From Amoeboaphelidium protococcarum X5 (lineage: Eukaryota; Fungi; Aphelidiomycota): a stretch of 64,000 nucleotides of DNA. Of the stretch, positions 14,839 to 28,270 are shown in pieces. The stretch's first letter is position 1. Every line of letters begins with the position of its first letter. The stretch spans positions 93,715 through 157,714 of the forward strand of contig JALDTO010000013.1 in assembly GCA_023515725.1 (NCBI GenBank), written 5' to 3'. Below the pieces are notes generated by a model that was not told the DNA's origin, did not search any database, and was given only the letters and a program-made list of their open reading frames with translations. The translations under genes and the position numbers were made by a program.

Positions 14839-16954
14839 ATGATGGTGAGCTCTGAACCACAGTTGCAACATTCATACAGAAAAAGCTCTGCGGAAAAGTC
14901 AAGGTATGGCTTGCAATACAATTGCCAAGATCAACTAATTTTCAATGACCCTTAATAATATTTTATGTTGTAGAGATTCTGATTTATTGGATGGAGATAG
15001 TCTTATGGAGATGGCCTCATTAGAGGATGCCGCTAATACACACGTTCATGCTGGTAGTCTTAATAATAGTTTCAGCACTGGAGATCTTAACATGTCTCAC
15101 CGAAGAGTTCACTTTCATCACGATCCTAATATTAACACTAATATATCCAGGCAGTCATCAGTGCCCAGATTAACGACAGATAAAGTTGTTAGTATCCACA
15201 ATCTTGATGATAATAATAACCATAATAATAATAGTAATAACGATGCTGATAGATAATTTAAAAATGGTTCATCTTAGCATCGGCCGTTACAGTATCAGAT
15301 TCCTCTATAGTAATCATAATAGTAGTTGAAGCAATCTAAGGCGTATGTGTGGAAGGTGATTGATTTCATAGATCGATGGGGATTTATAAGGGAGATTTTG
15401 TAACCAGATTCTGTACAGCTTATCGTTCTCTGCCTACTCTGGTATGGAAGTAGCGCGATGACTAATAATATCGCCAAGTAGATCTTTCAACTGGTTAAAT
15501 GTCCAGTAACTCTGACTTATGTCTAATTCGGATTCAACGCTGTATTCTGCTTCATCTTTGGATACTTTTCTAATGTGGTTGACCGTGCTGTGAATGTCGC
15601 TGCTGGCAAGTCGCCACTCATAGGATCAGCGAGTGATACATTTTCAGATCATGGTAAGGCTTCTTCTTGGTAGTAGTAGATATTCACCTCTGGTTGGAAC
15701 ATTCGAAAGTTTATGCCATCCATTCGTCTTATTCCATTTCCCTTTTTGAGGAGGATATTTAGAATATTATTTGTTATAATCGGCTGGGTGTTATCACGAT
15801 TAGTAGACATTATACATTACTTTGGGAAGCTGCTTCGATTTTGGATTGCACTTGGTCTGGGTATACATGAAGATGAGTATATGGCTGCCGGTGGTGGTGT
15901 TAGTAACACAGTTTAGCATTACGGAGATAGGCTGCATAAAACTCACGTTCTCAAGCCATCAATGTCTATTATTCGAACAATGGCTCCACTCAGTGTATTT
16001 CTTATTAGCGGTCATGTATTCAGCAGTATTGCTTTGAGTAATGTTCCTGTAAGCTTTGTGCACACTATCAAGGCGTTATCGCCTCTATTTACAGTGCTGA
16101 TATTTAGATTCGTGTGGAAGACGCGGTACTAGACATCTATTTATGTCTCATTAGTACCTCTGACATTGGGTGTGATGCTCGCTTGTTCATCCGAGATATC
16201 CTTCAACATGGTTGGTCTTCTCTGTGCGCTCGCTTCAACTTTGATATTTGTATGCCAGAATATATTCTCAAAGAAGCTGTTTAAAGAGAGAACATTGGAC
16301 AAATTGAATATGCTCCTGTACTCAAACTCGTTATCATTCATATTCATGTGTCCGGTATGGTTCTGGTCCGAGGGTCATGGGTGGTTTGTTAAATCCGATG
16401 TGGTGCCAGATCTTCATGCGGCATAATCGGGCGCTGATTGGAGCATGTACACTGTCTCCTCTCTCTTCATTCTCAATGGCCTCAGTCATTTCATGTAGAA
16501 CGTGTTCGCCTTCTCCATCCTGTCTCTGGTCAGTCCTGTCACGTACAGTATAGCGTCGCTGATCAAACGAATTGTGGTGATTGTGGCCAGTATATTGTGG
16601 TTTGGCTAGCATGTGGAGAATATGTAAATATGTGGTATTGTACTCACTTTTGTAGGATTATGGATGTACTAGCACGTTAAACATAATATGCACGCCTCTC
16701 CTAGTGCTAGTTCTGTTAACAACTCATAATCGCGACATGCTGGTATCAATGTAGAGCCGCGTAATGAAGATGAAGCGTTGAGATCATCACGCGCGTTCTA
16801 ACAGTAACAACAACAGCAGACGCGACCGTTTATGAATGGTCAATAATCACCGTCCAATCTATAGCTACACGGTGTCAAATCGCTGATTGATGGATCGCAC
16901 AAAGCTTATCATAAAAACTCGGATGCTGAAATGATTGTGATGTACAAGGACTGA
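14839..16954 (+). CDS. Triose-phosphate/nucleotide-sugar transporter family (SLC35E1/Sly41-like); intron 14904-14973
   Basis: CLLWYGSSAMTNNIAK, VPVSFVHTIKALSPLFTV, QNIFSKKLF, LDKLNML, SPVTYSIASLIKRIVVI; GT..AG intron restores frame. Confidence 0.88.
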
Positions 16955-17441
16955 CTGATTATATATAGAGATTACACTAAAAGATTCACCTGTAAGTAGA
17001 CGCCTATTTTACTGTATCTCTTCTTCATCCAGTCAACAGGCATACTATTTCCGGAAGGGGCAGGGGGAGACTTTCCCGTTTCAGACAGAGCGCGTTCAGG
17101 TAAAACGATGATAAAGCCTCGCTAAAGACACACGTGATGTTCTAGACCGTGTGAAAATACCCCTCTTGCATATTCACACTTTCTCATACACTAACGATCT
17201 CATCTTTATCGACGCCATCTACCCTTACATAGTCAATTAGGTAGGCAAGTGTTAGTCATCCATCTACTTTGAATTTCACGCCTCCCTTGCTGTAGTCATA
17301 CACGGATTGCTCACCCCCACTCGACTCGACTACTCTGATCGCGATCATCATCTGGAGAAGATCTTATCCATATCTACTTATCTTCTGATTCCTAATTTAT
17401 TCAAGTGGTACACTATTGCTCACCTTGGTTGTCTGTTCGTA

Positions 17442-19131
17442 ATGGTTTAGTATTTTGGTAAAGTTTTGGTTCTTCAACTACTCTGTCAGTAGTCTCTGGC
17501 TGAACAGGTTTAACATGCGTTCTCTGATCATCATGCATTGGATGTGGTGTCTAGCGATGGTATTGCCAAGTCCTTGTAGCCTGATGGCAACATCAACCTT
17601 GACTTTCCTACTGGAGGTAAAGACTGGCGTTCTCGCTCTATTTATCAAGTTTTGACTGACAGGTGAGTTCTGTAGTTATTGATTGGTGTTATCATCTCTT
17701 GCAACCCTGTAACGGCAACATATTGAAGTTTGTAGATTCGCTCCAACTCATCAGTCTGATTCTAGATGTCACAATCTGATGGAGTACTGCGGTGGTACTT
17801 TTGATGGTTTGAGGAAGAATCTGGATCACATTGAGGCTATGGGCTTCAATGCCATTTGGATCTCTCCTATTGTGAAGAGTAAGTATTATTAATCTTATTA
17901 TTGATACAATATTTTGACTTGTCTGGACGTGTAGATACCGCTGGAGGATATCATGGTTATTACGCTCAAGATTTCTACTCTTTGAATCGCCATTTTGGTA
18001 CGGCGAAAGACTTGAAGAGATTGGTGAAGGAGTGTCATAAACGCGATATCTGGGTCATGCTGGATGTTGTGGCTAATCATGTTGGTGGCCGGGTTGGTTT
18101 CAATGAGATTAATCCGTTTAATAGCTCTTCTCAGTACCACGACTTTTGTCTGATTAAGAATTATGACTCAGGCAGAAGTGGAGAACTGTAGAATTGGATC
18201 TGCCGAGTCTAGTTTGCCAGATTTGAATACTGAGAATCCACAGGTTGCTTAGGAACTGAGCAGATGGATCAAGTGGATTGTGAAGGAGTATGACTTTGAC
18301 GGAATCCGTATTGATACTGTTAAGCACGTCAGAAAAGAGTTTTGGCCTGACTTCGTGCGCAGCTCTGGCGTCTTCTCTTTCGGTGAAGTGTTACATGGAG
18401 ATCCTGCATACGTTGGTCCGTATCAGCAATACTTGCACTCTCTTCTCAACTTTCCACTGTATTTCACCTTGCTGGACGTGTTCTAGAAGCGTTAATCAAT
18501 GTGGGCTTTGGAAACTCGCTGGAATCAGTTGAGCAGTAGCTTCAAAGATGTTAGTGTACTAGGCAGTTTCATCGACAATCATGATTTCGCTAGATTCATG
18601 CATACCACCAATGATGAGGCTTCTATCTAGAATGCTCTTGCGTATATGATGATCTGTGCCGGTATTCCTATAGTGTATCAAGGTACTGAGTATTTGTACA
18701 ATGGCGGTGATGATCCAAAGAATAGGGAGTCCATGTGGCCTGATATCTATCATCGCAAGCAACCTCAGTTAGGACAGTTCTTTAAGAGAATTAATCTGGC
18801 TAGAAAGATTGCCGGCAAGAGCTTCTTCTAGTCTATGCATTAGCATTTGTGGACTAACGATGATTTCCATGTCTTGCAGAGAAATGGTGTTATACTCTGT
18901 GTTACTAACGGCGGCAATGGCTTTTAATTGAACCGCGATATTCTGATTCCAATGAAGCATGACTACGTTAATGTATTGGATCAGTCTGGAAATGATGTTT
19001 TGCGCTTTAAAGATCATCAGTAGGATGGAAAACATGTTGCGCTGGTGGAATTGCGCAATGGACGTCCAAAGTTGTACGTGTCTCGCGATCTGATTCGTTA
19101 AACCAACTCTTGGGAGCAGTTCTTTGACTGA
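17442..19131 (+). CDS. Secreted alpha-amylase (GH13, fungal type); introns 17663-17735 and 17879-17934; frameshift near 18168
   Basis: WRSRSIYQVLTDRF, YCGGTF, GFNAIWISP, GYHGY, DVVANH, GIRIDTVKHV, FGEV, FIDNHD; frame changes between NYD and QAEVENC. Confidence 0.9.
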
Positions 19132-20574
19132 TTTATAGTTTTAAGGTGGCTGAGTCTCGCGATTTAAAGTGTATAACATTATAATTGTATACTACTATTT
19201 ACTTCTGATTAATCTTCTTATTGGTTCGTTGAAGTAAAATTCTTGTTAGCATCTAGAGAGATTGTATCAAAAGTGCGATAACTAAAACCTTTTCTATTAA
19301 CAATAAGAGTTCAACTAAAAGTAAAAGTGTGGAGAAACATCAACTAACTAGTTTATTTAGTTTCAGCATCACTTAAATTATGTGAATTATACTCAAACGC
19401 ACGTGTACTCCTACTCATTGAGTCAGGATCACACCTTTATCTACTTTTCTAGTATTCTGCGAGAAATAACAGGACTGACCACATTGCTGCTATGGGGCGA
19501 CGCATACATCCATTCATTAGGATGACTCTCAATTTAGGCCAATACCCAAAGCCATGCGGCCACCAAAGTGTAGGGATCGCGCTGAGAGCATCTCACCGCA
19601 GGTGAAATCTCCAGCACGGAGCATCCCTCCTTCTCTGGATCTTCTACCTTCCTTTAGATAACAGTTAAGTTGAATGTAGTCAAAACACCATAACGGTGTC
19701 GATTCAGCGTCAGATTTGCGTAGATCTACTCAACTGCGCGAATGAATTTGCCTTTTCAATCATATCCAAGGTGTCGCCTTCTTTCCCCATTTGGGTAGAT
19801 TGCAGAAGTCGTTCTGCAAGGTGATAGAAGATGTAGAAGCAATATTATTGTATTCTTTCAACAATTCACGGTATTAGCATGATCTATCACTCTTTACGGT
19901 TATAAAAGAGAAATGATATGTCGCGTTATGCGCGTATTTGTATCAGATATGACTCAAACGTTAACAACAACACGTCAATGCCACGTCACAACAAGATGGC
20001 CACCTATCCAATCTTATTTGCAGAAGGAAACATCACATTTACAATGGACGTGTAAAGCATGCAGAACATTCACATCATATTTGAACGAATTAACGCATTA
20101 TTGGAAGTGACAGCCTCTAAATTCTAAAACGCGTCTCCATATCCTCAGTGATCTCTTCGAGTAAATCATCGACAGAATCTCCCAATCCTGCACCAAGTAA
20201 CATCTAATCTTTACTTTACTCTTCACAATTCACAATATATAGACTAAATTTTGTATAGATCTGCTCTGAGGTCGATGTTTGGAAGAGATAAAAGTAGAAG
20301 CCTCTGTACAACTCTCAAGTAATCTCACATGGATAACTTCAAACCTTTGTAAATTGAGTATCAAGAGATCGTTGAAACAACGCGCGTCATGTCTCGTGTC
20401 ACACAAAGTAAAAACTCAAGATCGATCTTTCGCTGTAGCTCATTACCGTCTAAGTGGCTGTTTGAGTGGATTCTCAGTGCGTTCTTATCGCTGAGGTACT
20501 ACTAGGCATTGCAGTCTTTATAATCTCTTGACTCTAGGTGTAAAGTCTAATCTCTTCAAAGCGTTTTTGAAGCG

Positions 20575-22194
20575 ATGTCATCTAGTAATATGAGGAATCA
20601 AGTGTCATAATTACAAGTTGGCACTTATGCTCATAATTCGCAAAAGTTCTGGGATGATGTCCTTATGTCTCCATCGCCTCTTTAGAGCGGTAGCAAGGAG
20701 GGTGGCTTTGAATCTGAATTGTCTCAGGAAGGTTATGGTACTGGTCAAAGTCTACCGTATAAAGTAAAGCTCAAGTTGCTGCTGTCACCCATAATAAAAA
20801 GAGCTGTCTAAACTGCCGTACGTTCGTTCGCCCACGCATATGGCGCTAGAGTTGCTATAAATGTTGCTATCGCTCTACTGTCGCGTCTATTCAGTCGTCG
20901 TGGAGGGTAGTCCTCAGCTAAGAATTCCATCTTGAACCATTTATGGTCCATTGTATGGAAATAGGAGTCATTTAGGTTCGGTGCGTTCATGGGCGGATTT
21001 ACTCTTGTTTGGAAGACTACATTTCCCATACTGTAAATTATAGACTATTCCAACTCTCGATTAATGTCTCGACTGTTGCTTATATAGTAATAGTCTCAGG
21101 ATCATGTAACAGTGCAAAGACGAATAAACAGATTAAATGGATTCATAGCTGGATTTTTGAGTGGATTCGCCATACTGATCGAGTCCAAATCAAAGATGAA
21201 GATGTTTGGGCAACAGGCTGTGGTGAGATCAATGTAATGTCTCTACAATGCAGGAAAGTCTAGAGGTCTCATTAATCTTCCGTATGGAGACGTAGTGCTT
21301 TTCACGCTGGGTACTGCTCAAGTGCTATATGCCTATGTTATGCATCCGCAGACGCTGCCAAAAGATTTCTATGGCTTCATGGTGCAGAGTGCATAGATAC
21401 CTCACTTTATTTTGAGACAGGTTGAGTAGAATTTGAAAGGTGGTAGTATTGACGTGCAAAAGCTGCGTGATTTTGTCCTGTCCAGGTATGGTAGCAATAA
21501 AGCAGCTGTGGATTTTGTACATAACTAATTGAAAGCTGATATTTATCATCTCCCTTGCGCGGTTATCCATACGAGAAATCAGCTATGTCTACCATACAGT
21601 CTGTCGTTGTGGGTGAATGTATTCAAACAGATCGTGGCTGTGTATATACCTCTCAATCTGGTTCCCATATTTTTATTGAAGCATAAATCACTTGTTAAAG
21701 CGTAAGAATATACTTCTAAAACTGTTACTTGAATAATTGCTGAAATGTGTAGACCAGTTGACATTATAAGCAAGGGAGTCTTATCTGCGGTAAGATCTAG
21801 CGCATTTTTTGCATGCCTAGTCTCGTTGTATCAGGGAAGCGTTTGTGTTCATGACAAGATGTTTTAATCGTGGAACATACTGAATTATCTATATCCCAAG
21901 AGAGATCATCGATACTTTTATTATCTGTTTGGTGTGTTGAGCGGTATGACAATTTTGTTGGAGAGTAAGAGTCGCAGATCTGAGCTGGCAATGTATGTCG
22001 CTCCCAAAGCAGTAGAGTCATTGTATAGAGTGCTGTATAAGCGGCGATTGATGTTTAAAGTCCGAGGATTTTAGACTGTGATGAGTAGCGTGGCTTTTGG
22101 GATTCTTATGGCGTTTTACGCTACTGAGAAAGAGACACTGAGTCCTTTAGTATTTCGCATCTTAAAGCATTTTATCGGCGAAGGACCACGTTGA
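20575..22194 (+). CDS. TMEM135: TMEM135-family membrane protein; intron 21702-21752
   Basis: RFGAFMGGF, FIAGFLSG, GDVVLF...AQVLYAYVMHPQTLP, AVRSSAFL, ESKSRRSELAMYVAPKA. Confidence 0.88.
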
Positions 22195-22361
22195 CATTAA
22201 CGCAGCTTTTAAATACAATTTTGAACATACGGTGCAAATTTTAACACTTTATTTTAAGCTTTGATTATCACTTTACAAATTTGAGGATGCGATTATTGCA
22301 TTTAAACTTGGAATTTGATTTAACACGACAGAGAGACTAATACAATCATCATGAAATAGTC

Positions 22362-23975
22362 TCACTGAGGAGGCAATCTATCAGTAAAACTATTACCATC
22401 ATCAGACATTGATAATATACCTCTACCCATTTAGGAATTGCGTGGACTCCATCCATTTACCTCTGCCATTGCATTCCATGTTTCCTGATCAGGGACTTTG
22501 GTCATTAACTTGTCCACTTTAGACGGTGAATAAGGAGAAGCGCGGACATGGAATGTGTTACTACCAGCAGCTGCAGCAGCATTTAGATTGTCACTGTCAA
22601 GTGACCCAAGAGTACTGCTTCCATTACGTTCAATCTGAATATCCCTTTGCAGCGATGCCATGAATCTTCTGAAAGCAATCTGCACTGCTGGTACTTTGGT
22701 AGCATCACGACTAAACACATATATCGTGAGTTCCTGGAAGCAAACAGGAGTCAGGTAGGACAAATCCTCTTAGTCAATCTTGAAGGAAACGTCCGGATTA
22801 AACTTATTGAAAAATCTGATGTTCTCCAGCGGGTTCTTATCCTTCATACCAAAGTTCAAATGCACAAAAGACACGACGACATCACTAGCCTCCAGTCTGA
22901 ATGGCTAATTTATATCCTGACATTCAACAATCTTCTCAGCTGATATAACATCATCCATCTTGCGCCCTTAGAATACCAACTCAGCACTAGCCGGATTGAG
23001 GCGGAGCTCATCTACAAACTTGTACAAATGTCTCTTTCTCAATCGCCGTAAGATTTACCTGGCCGGTTATAAACGCTCCGATTTACTCCTCTCAATATCT
23101 CGCACTACTCCATCAGTCATGTTCATGTACTCCTGTGGATGAAGGATAGAATCACTAATACCGAGTTCTTCATCGGCAATCTACAGAGCATCAATCAGCA
23201 TAAGCTCTACACTTTTACAAGTCTTGTGGGTATAAACACTCCGGTGCAGGTTCAGACGCGACTAAAATAATCTATGTAAATTCCAATCATCCTTCTTATT
23301 CCATACAATCTGATTGTCTAATACCTTGGAGTTGATGATCAACCGAGAGGAATCATAAGTTGAAGATTCGCCAACATAGTAGCAATCACGTCTCAGGTAA
23401 TCAAATTTGTCCACATCGACGCCATTGCGCTTATTACTGACAATATCGTACAGATAGCCATACTCTTGATTAGAATACATTGGCTCTCCCATTACGAGGG
23501 ATTTAACAAACTTGAGCTAATCAGTGTCAATGTCTATACCGTTATCATCGACCAGGTAATCGATCATCATCAGACTTCCCTTCTCGTGTGTCCATCCAGT
23601 ATTTTGCTGCTTCGACTGCGGTATGAAGGCGCCATCAAAGATGTGACTATACGGTCCATGCCCAATGTCGTGCAGAAGGCCAGCGAGGATGACTGATTCA
23701 TATTGAAACTCTGAAATGTCTAGCTACTGAGAAGCGGTGGGCAAATGCTTAAGCATAGCGCGTGCTACTGTGGATGTTCCAATACTATGCTCAAATCTGG
23801 TGTGAGTCGCCCCTGGGTACACGTAAGAAGCAGTGCCGAGTTGCTTTAATTCACGCAGTCGCTAGAATTACTGAGAGTCAATGTACCGCAATTACAGTCT
23901 AGTCAGAGGAATAAGGCCTTGAATCGGGCAATTCACATACTTTTCCACTTGTTCGCTCATCATCTTCTAAGTCAT
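22362..23975 (-). CDS. SAMHD1: SAMHD1-like HD-domain dNTP triphosphohydrolase, 537 aa
   Basis: [16 protein letters not shown]...[45 protein letters not shown]. Confidence 0.93.
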
Positions 23976-24255
23976 TCCAATAGTATAATGATGATGATGA
24001 TGTCGTTATCTAATACAGATTAGGATACCGACAATCGTTACTGCTCTAAAGTTTTAAAGGGGGAAAGCGACGCGCGTGTTTTAAGCGCAACCGCGTAATC
24101 GCACCGTCGAATTGATCGTTATAAGTTAGACTGTGGTTGATCGATTATAGTCGCCATATAGTAGCATAAAAGTAGATAGCCCATCATTAAAAGAGTGTCA
24201 TGATAAGGAACAAACAAAGCACATCTATTTAAATAAATTAGACACGTGTCATCCA

Positions 24256-25719
24256 TCATTAAGAACCATAATCTATGAGACTGTGGATTCTTAGAAAGTC
24301 GAGAAATGACATATTGGACAGATCATCTGCACTAGAATGTTGACTGCCTTTATGAGAACGTCCGTCAGAGCTATTGCGCCTTTTCTGGTTCTCTTTGCTC
24401 TTGCCGCGAGAAGATGAGCGGCTCTTTTTTCGATTCTTGCCATCTTTAGATCCTCCGCCACCGTTTTACGATGATGATGAAGATCCATCTTTACTGCAAG
24501 ACAATAACCTCTTACGTTCAGTTCTACCACGTTGATCATTGCCATGAGATTACTATTTACCAGGAGATTAATGACCACTATTTCTACCAACATTACCTGC
24601 TCCATCCAGGCTGTGATTACTCTACGCGAATGGAACCTTGATCCAAATCTTACGAAAATCTCCATCCAGATGACCTTTATCAATTGAGAAATCATAGTGT
24701 CGCAGCCAGCTGAATAATTCATACCAAATAACATCATCATCCTTGACGTGACTCGATGCTGTAACTAAATAATTGAATTTCTTTAGCGCAGATTACTTGC
24801 TCTTTTTGTGTTTATTACTATTATTATTATTATTTCCACCAACTGCGTTCATATCATCGTCAGAGTCTTCATTAACAACCATTTTCCAACAACTGCATTC
24901 TTTAACACTCACCACCTCACCATTCTGAGCTTATTGAACCGCAAAATCAAATTTATCCAAATCTTGAATTATTAAACTATCCGCACACAGTTTACAATCA
25001 ATCTTATTCTTGATCTTTTTCGGAATTCTGGTAAAAGTTTTTTGAGGACTAGTATTAAGCTGCAAATTATTATGATTATTACTACTATTGGCAGCACGAT
25101 CTCTGTTGCCAGATTAAATCTAATTAATTGAAGAAGATTAATTAGACGCGGAATCTTTATCATAACCGTCGAATCTAACATTCTTTGACGGCGTGGTGAG
25201 ATTAGATTGTCCAAATAGCTGTTTTTGCACATAGTTCTTATAAGGCTTTATGGATATAAAACATTCATTTACAACGACTCTACCACCGCTGAATTCTTAA
25301 CCTGACGAATTGTGACTCTTAAGTATTTTCTTCTTATTAGATGACGATGATGATGATTAAATTCCACCAGATGGAGAGAGCGGCCAACTGAAAGCGTCAT
25401 CATCCTGCTGATCCAAGCTCAATCGATCCATCATAATTTCATCAAAATCGACATAATCAGGCCGGAGCATAGGACTCAATTTCTTCTTGTATTTGCGACT
25501 ACGTAGAGAGTGTATCTGCTGCGTTGTTATCAAATCGATCAACTCCATCGATGAGTCAACCATATTTAATGACGCTGCCTCCAGATTCTGCCTCAAAATC
25601 TCTTCTTCATTCACCTATTAATGCTAATTCATCAGAGTACCATCAGGCTAAATCTGCTACTAAGCATTGCCATCACTAATATTGTTGCGTTGCGATATTG
25701 CATGCTTTAACAATGCCAT
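24256..25719 (-). CDS. Uncharacterised, largely low-complexity protein, 487 aa
   Basis: Continuous ATG-to-TGA frame with TAR=Gln; Gln/Ser/Asn/Lys-rich; contains KNVRF. Confidence 0.7.
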
Positions 25720-26025
25720 TACTATTACAAAAATATTAAAGGAACTGCGTGATGAAAGAAACAAAAAGGAATCAATCGTGTGATCTTTCTGTTTTTGTTT
25801 CAGCCGCGCATCGTCTGAGAAAATTCTTCTTTTCCCGCTGAATCGCCCGTCGTCATTCTCTGATCGATCAGCTGACCGGCAACCGAAATCCTCTCAGCTT
25901 TTGGACGCGCTCAATTATACACCATAGCAAGGTGGTTATTATTAAGCTCATAATATTTTCGTGTTCTGCTTAATTTATATCAATAGAGCGCTGTTTAATT
26001 AAATTAATTACATAAATCTGAAAAT

Positions 26026-26304
26026 ATGCTGCGTTAAATCTTTGGTGGATTATCATCATCGTTTATGGCCACCAGTCGAGTGCCTTTTAATACTACAACT
26101 GGATCATAATCAATATCCGGAATATCTAGTTTAAGTGGAATGATGTAAAAGAGATTTATCAGAGGACAGTACGGTAGTGAGTATTAGCCATCGATTGTGA
26201 AGAGAAAGCGTACTCATGGATTCCTGCGAAGACTTATGACGCGTAATGGACGAAGGCTCTTATGGCGTAGGAAAAATGCTGGATAAAAGTATCTAGGTGT
26301 TTGA
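26026..26304 (+). CDS. MRPL34: Mitochondrial ribosomal protein bL34m
   Basis: Presequence followed by YGSEYQPSIVKRKRTHGFLRRL...GRRLLWRRK; the Q of YQPS is TAG. Confidence 0.92.
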
Positions 26305-26583
26305 TTGATTATTTGATATCTATATATATATTTTAGACTTTTATTTACTAGACTAGTTTTTTAGTGTACAGTAATGTGATGAAAGAAGAAGCGACTACTA
26401 TTTGGTGATTACTTTCGGTCTAAATAGAGCCATCATAATATCAAGTGAGGCTTTACGAAACTCAGAACTACGCTTTAAAAACGCGCCTCCTTTAGTTTTC
26501 GGCATCTTTTAACAACTGTTTCAATCGTTCGTACATCTTTACTTACTGCTAGGCATAATTAGCATCGCAGTTTATAGAAAAAA

Positions 26584-28191
26584 ATGACTTTAAGCGAATC
26601 TGCATCAGAGTGGATTTAAGATCCTCTATAGTAATTAAGTCGTCTGAATGGAGATTTGCGTGAGCTGAATAATGTTGCAGATGAGTTAGTCTCTAAGATT
26701 CCTTCATTGAACGATGGAGGATTGGTAGGGAAGAATCAACTAGTCACTGGTGTCCTGATGGTAACCAACAATGGTCTTACACCTCTGTACTATCCCTCAA
26801 ATTACTTGAATGCTGATGGAGAAGTCAAGTGCTCAGACTACCGCTTCTCCGCTTTATAGTCAGGAGCCGCCTCTCCTTGCCTCTCTGAAACTCAACGACT
26901 TTCCGAGTGCAACGCGTTTGAGGCTGTGCTGTGTCCAGGCTTTGACGCGACGAAACGACGCGTTTAGACTGAGAGCAGCGACGTTGATCTCGATCTGAGC
27001 CGGTTGAAACTAGATGATGGCGGTGTTAAAAGTGGAGTTACGTTTCAGCTGTTGGTTTACAATACTGAAGTGTAACTGCTGCTGAATAATGTCATTGAAG
27101 TTATTGCTGTCTATTCTCCCTGTGATGATGGAGATGAACTAAAGCGTAGTACTCTTGAGGTTTTGGCTTTGCGCATGTATTCTCCTGCAATTTAAAGTGG
27201 TGGTTGGCTGATCAAAGGTTGCGAGTATCAGAAGCCTTTATTATATCGTGTCAACTCTGAGGAGACTAGATCGGAGCTGATAAACTTATTGACAGATAGT
27301 CTGTTCCCTAACGATCGAAAGGCTGCAGAGCTGTTTCTACTCTGGTTGATCAGTAAAGCGTATCATAGACGTGCTGATTCTGTGCTTGGCCTGGTGTCTT
27401 GTACCATTTATGACGTTCAGGATGCTGGATTTAGTACCAAGGTGAGAAATGTTGTTCAACTACTGACTGGAGTATCGAACCATGTTCCTCTAACGCTGGC
27501 TAATTTGAATTCTGATTCCTTTGTGCCCAAGTATATACAATCAGATGATATGGAATAATAAGAATGCTTTGGGCGTATAAGTGAATCCCCTCTTATGCTT
27601 CCTTCATCTGGCCATGTGATATTGGATGAAACCTTGCTGGATGATGGTAAATTATCAGAGGTTGGTATGAAGAATCTATAATCTTTGTCTGAAGGTGTGT
27701 TACAAAACAGTTCTTTGGAGTATTCAAATGCTGATTCCAAGGCTGTATCATCCGGTGTATAAGTCAACTTGGAATGGAGCGTGTTATTGCTATCGAAAGT
27801 ATCCCGACCACCATAACAGAATACTGCTGATACTAAGAATATTTCTCTGAGTCAAATACTGGCAACATCTCTGTACATTAAAGCTCCAAATCAAGAACCT
27901 ACCCATTTGCCTCAATTAACCGTTGGTTTGATTGAACAGTTTCGTCGTTACATCCACTGTTGCAGAGACTAAGACTCGAAGTATAACGTATCACCAGAAA
28001 TCGGGGATTAGATTGTTAATGATTATGTTGAAATGCGCCGTGAAAGTACTCAATCTTCTACATCCACCGCAGTCGATCAGGATACTCTGAAATTGTTAAT
28101 GGAGTTGTCCAGATTGTAATGTCTATCTCATGGCGAGTCAGAGCTAACTATTGATCACTACCGTCAGGCAAAGAATCTACTAAATTTGTGA
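26584..28191 (+). CDS. MCMBP: Mini-chromosome maintenance complex-binding protein
   Basis: IPSLN, LFPNDRKAAELFLLWLIS, LTLANLN..FVPK, VILDETLLDDGKLSEVGMKNL, FRRYI, IVNDYVEMR. Confidence 0.85.
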
Positions 28192-28270
28192 GTACTATGG
28201 GAATTGAAAAAAGTCTACGTATGTAGTATGTAACACGAACTATTTTTTAGTTTCATTACACCTATTACTT

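Noticed and set aside
17110-17441. Long open frame upstream of the amylase ATG
   Set aside because: No in-frame ATG before 17442, which begins a plausible signal peptide.
19300-20500. Coding-like fragments between the amylase and TMEM135
   Set aside because: The frames I read are interrupted by TGA, and no recognisable motif was found.
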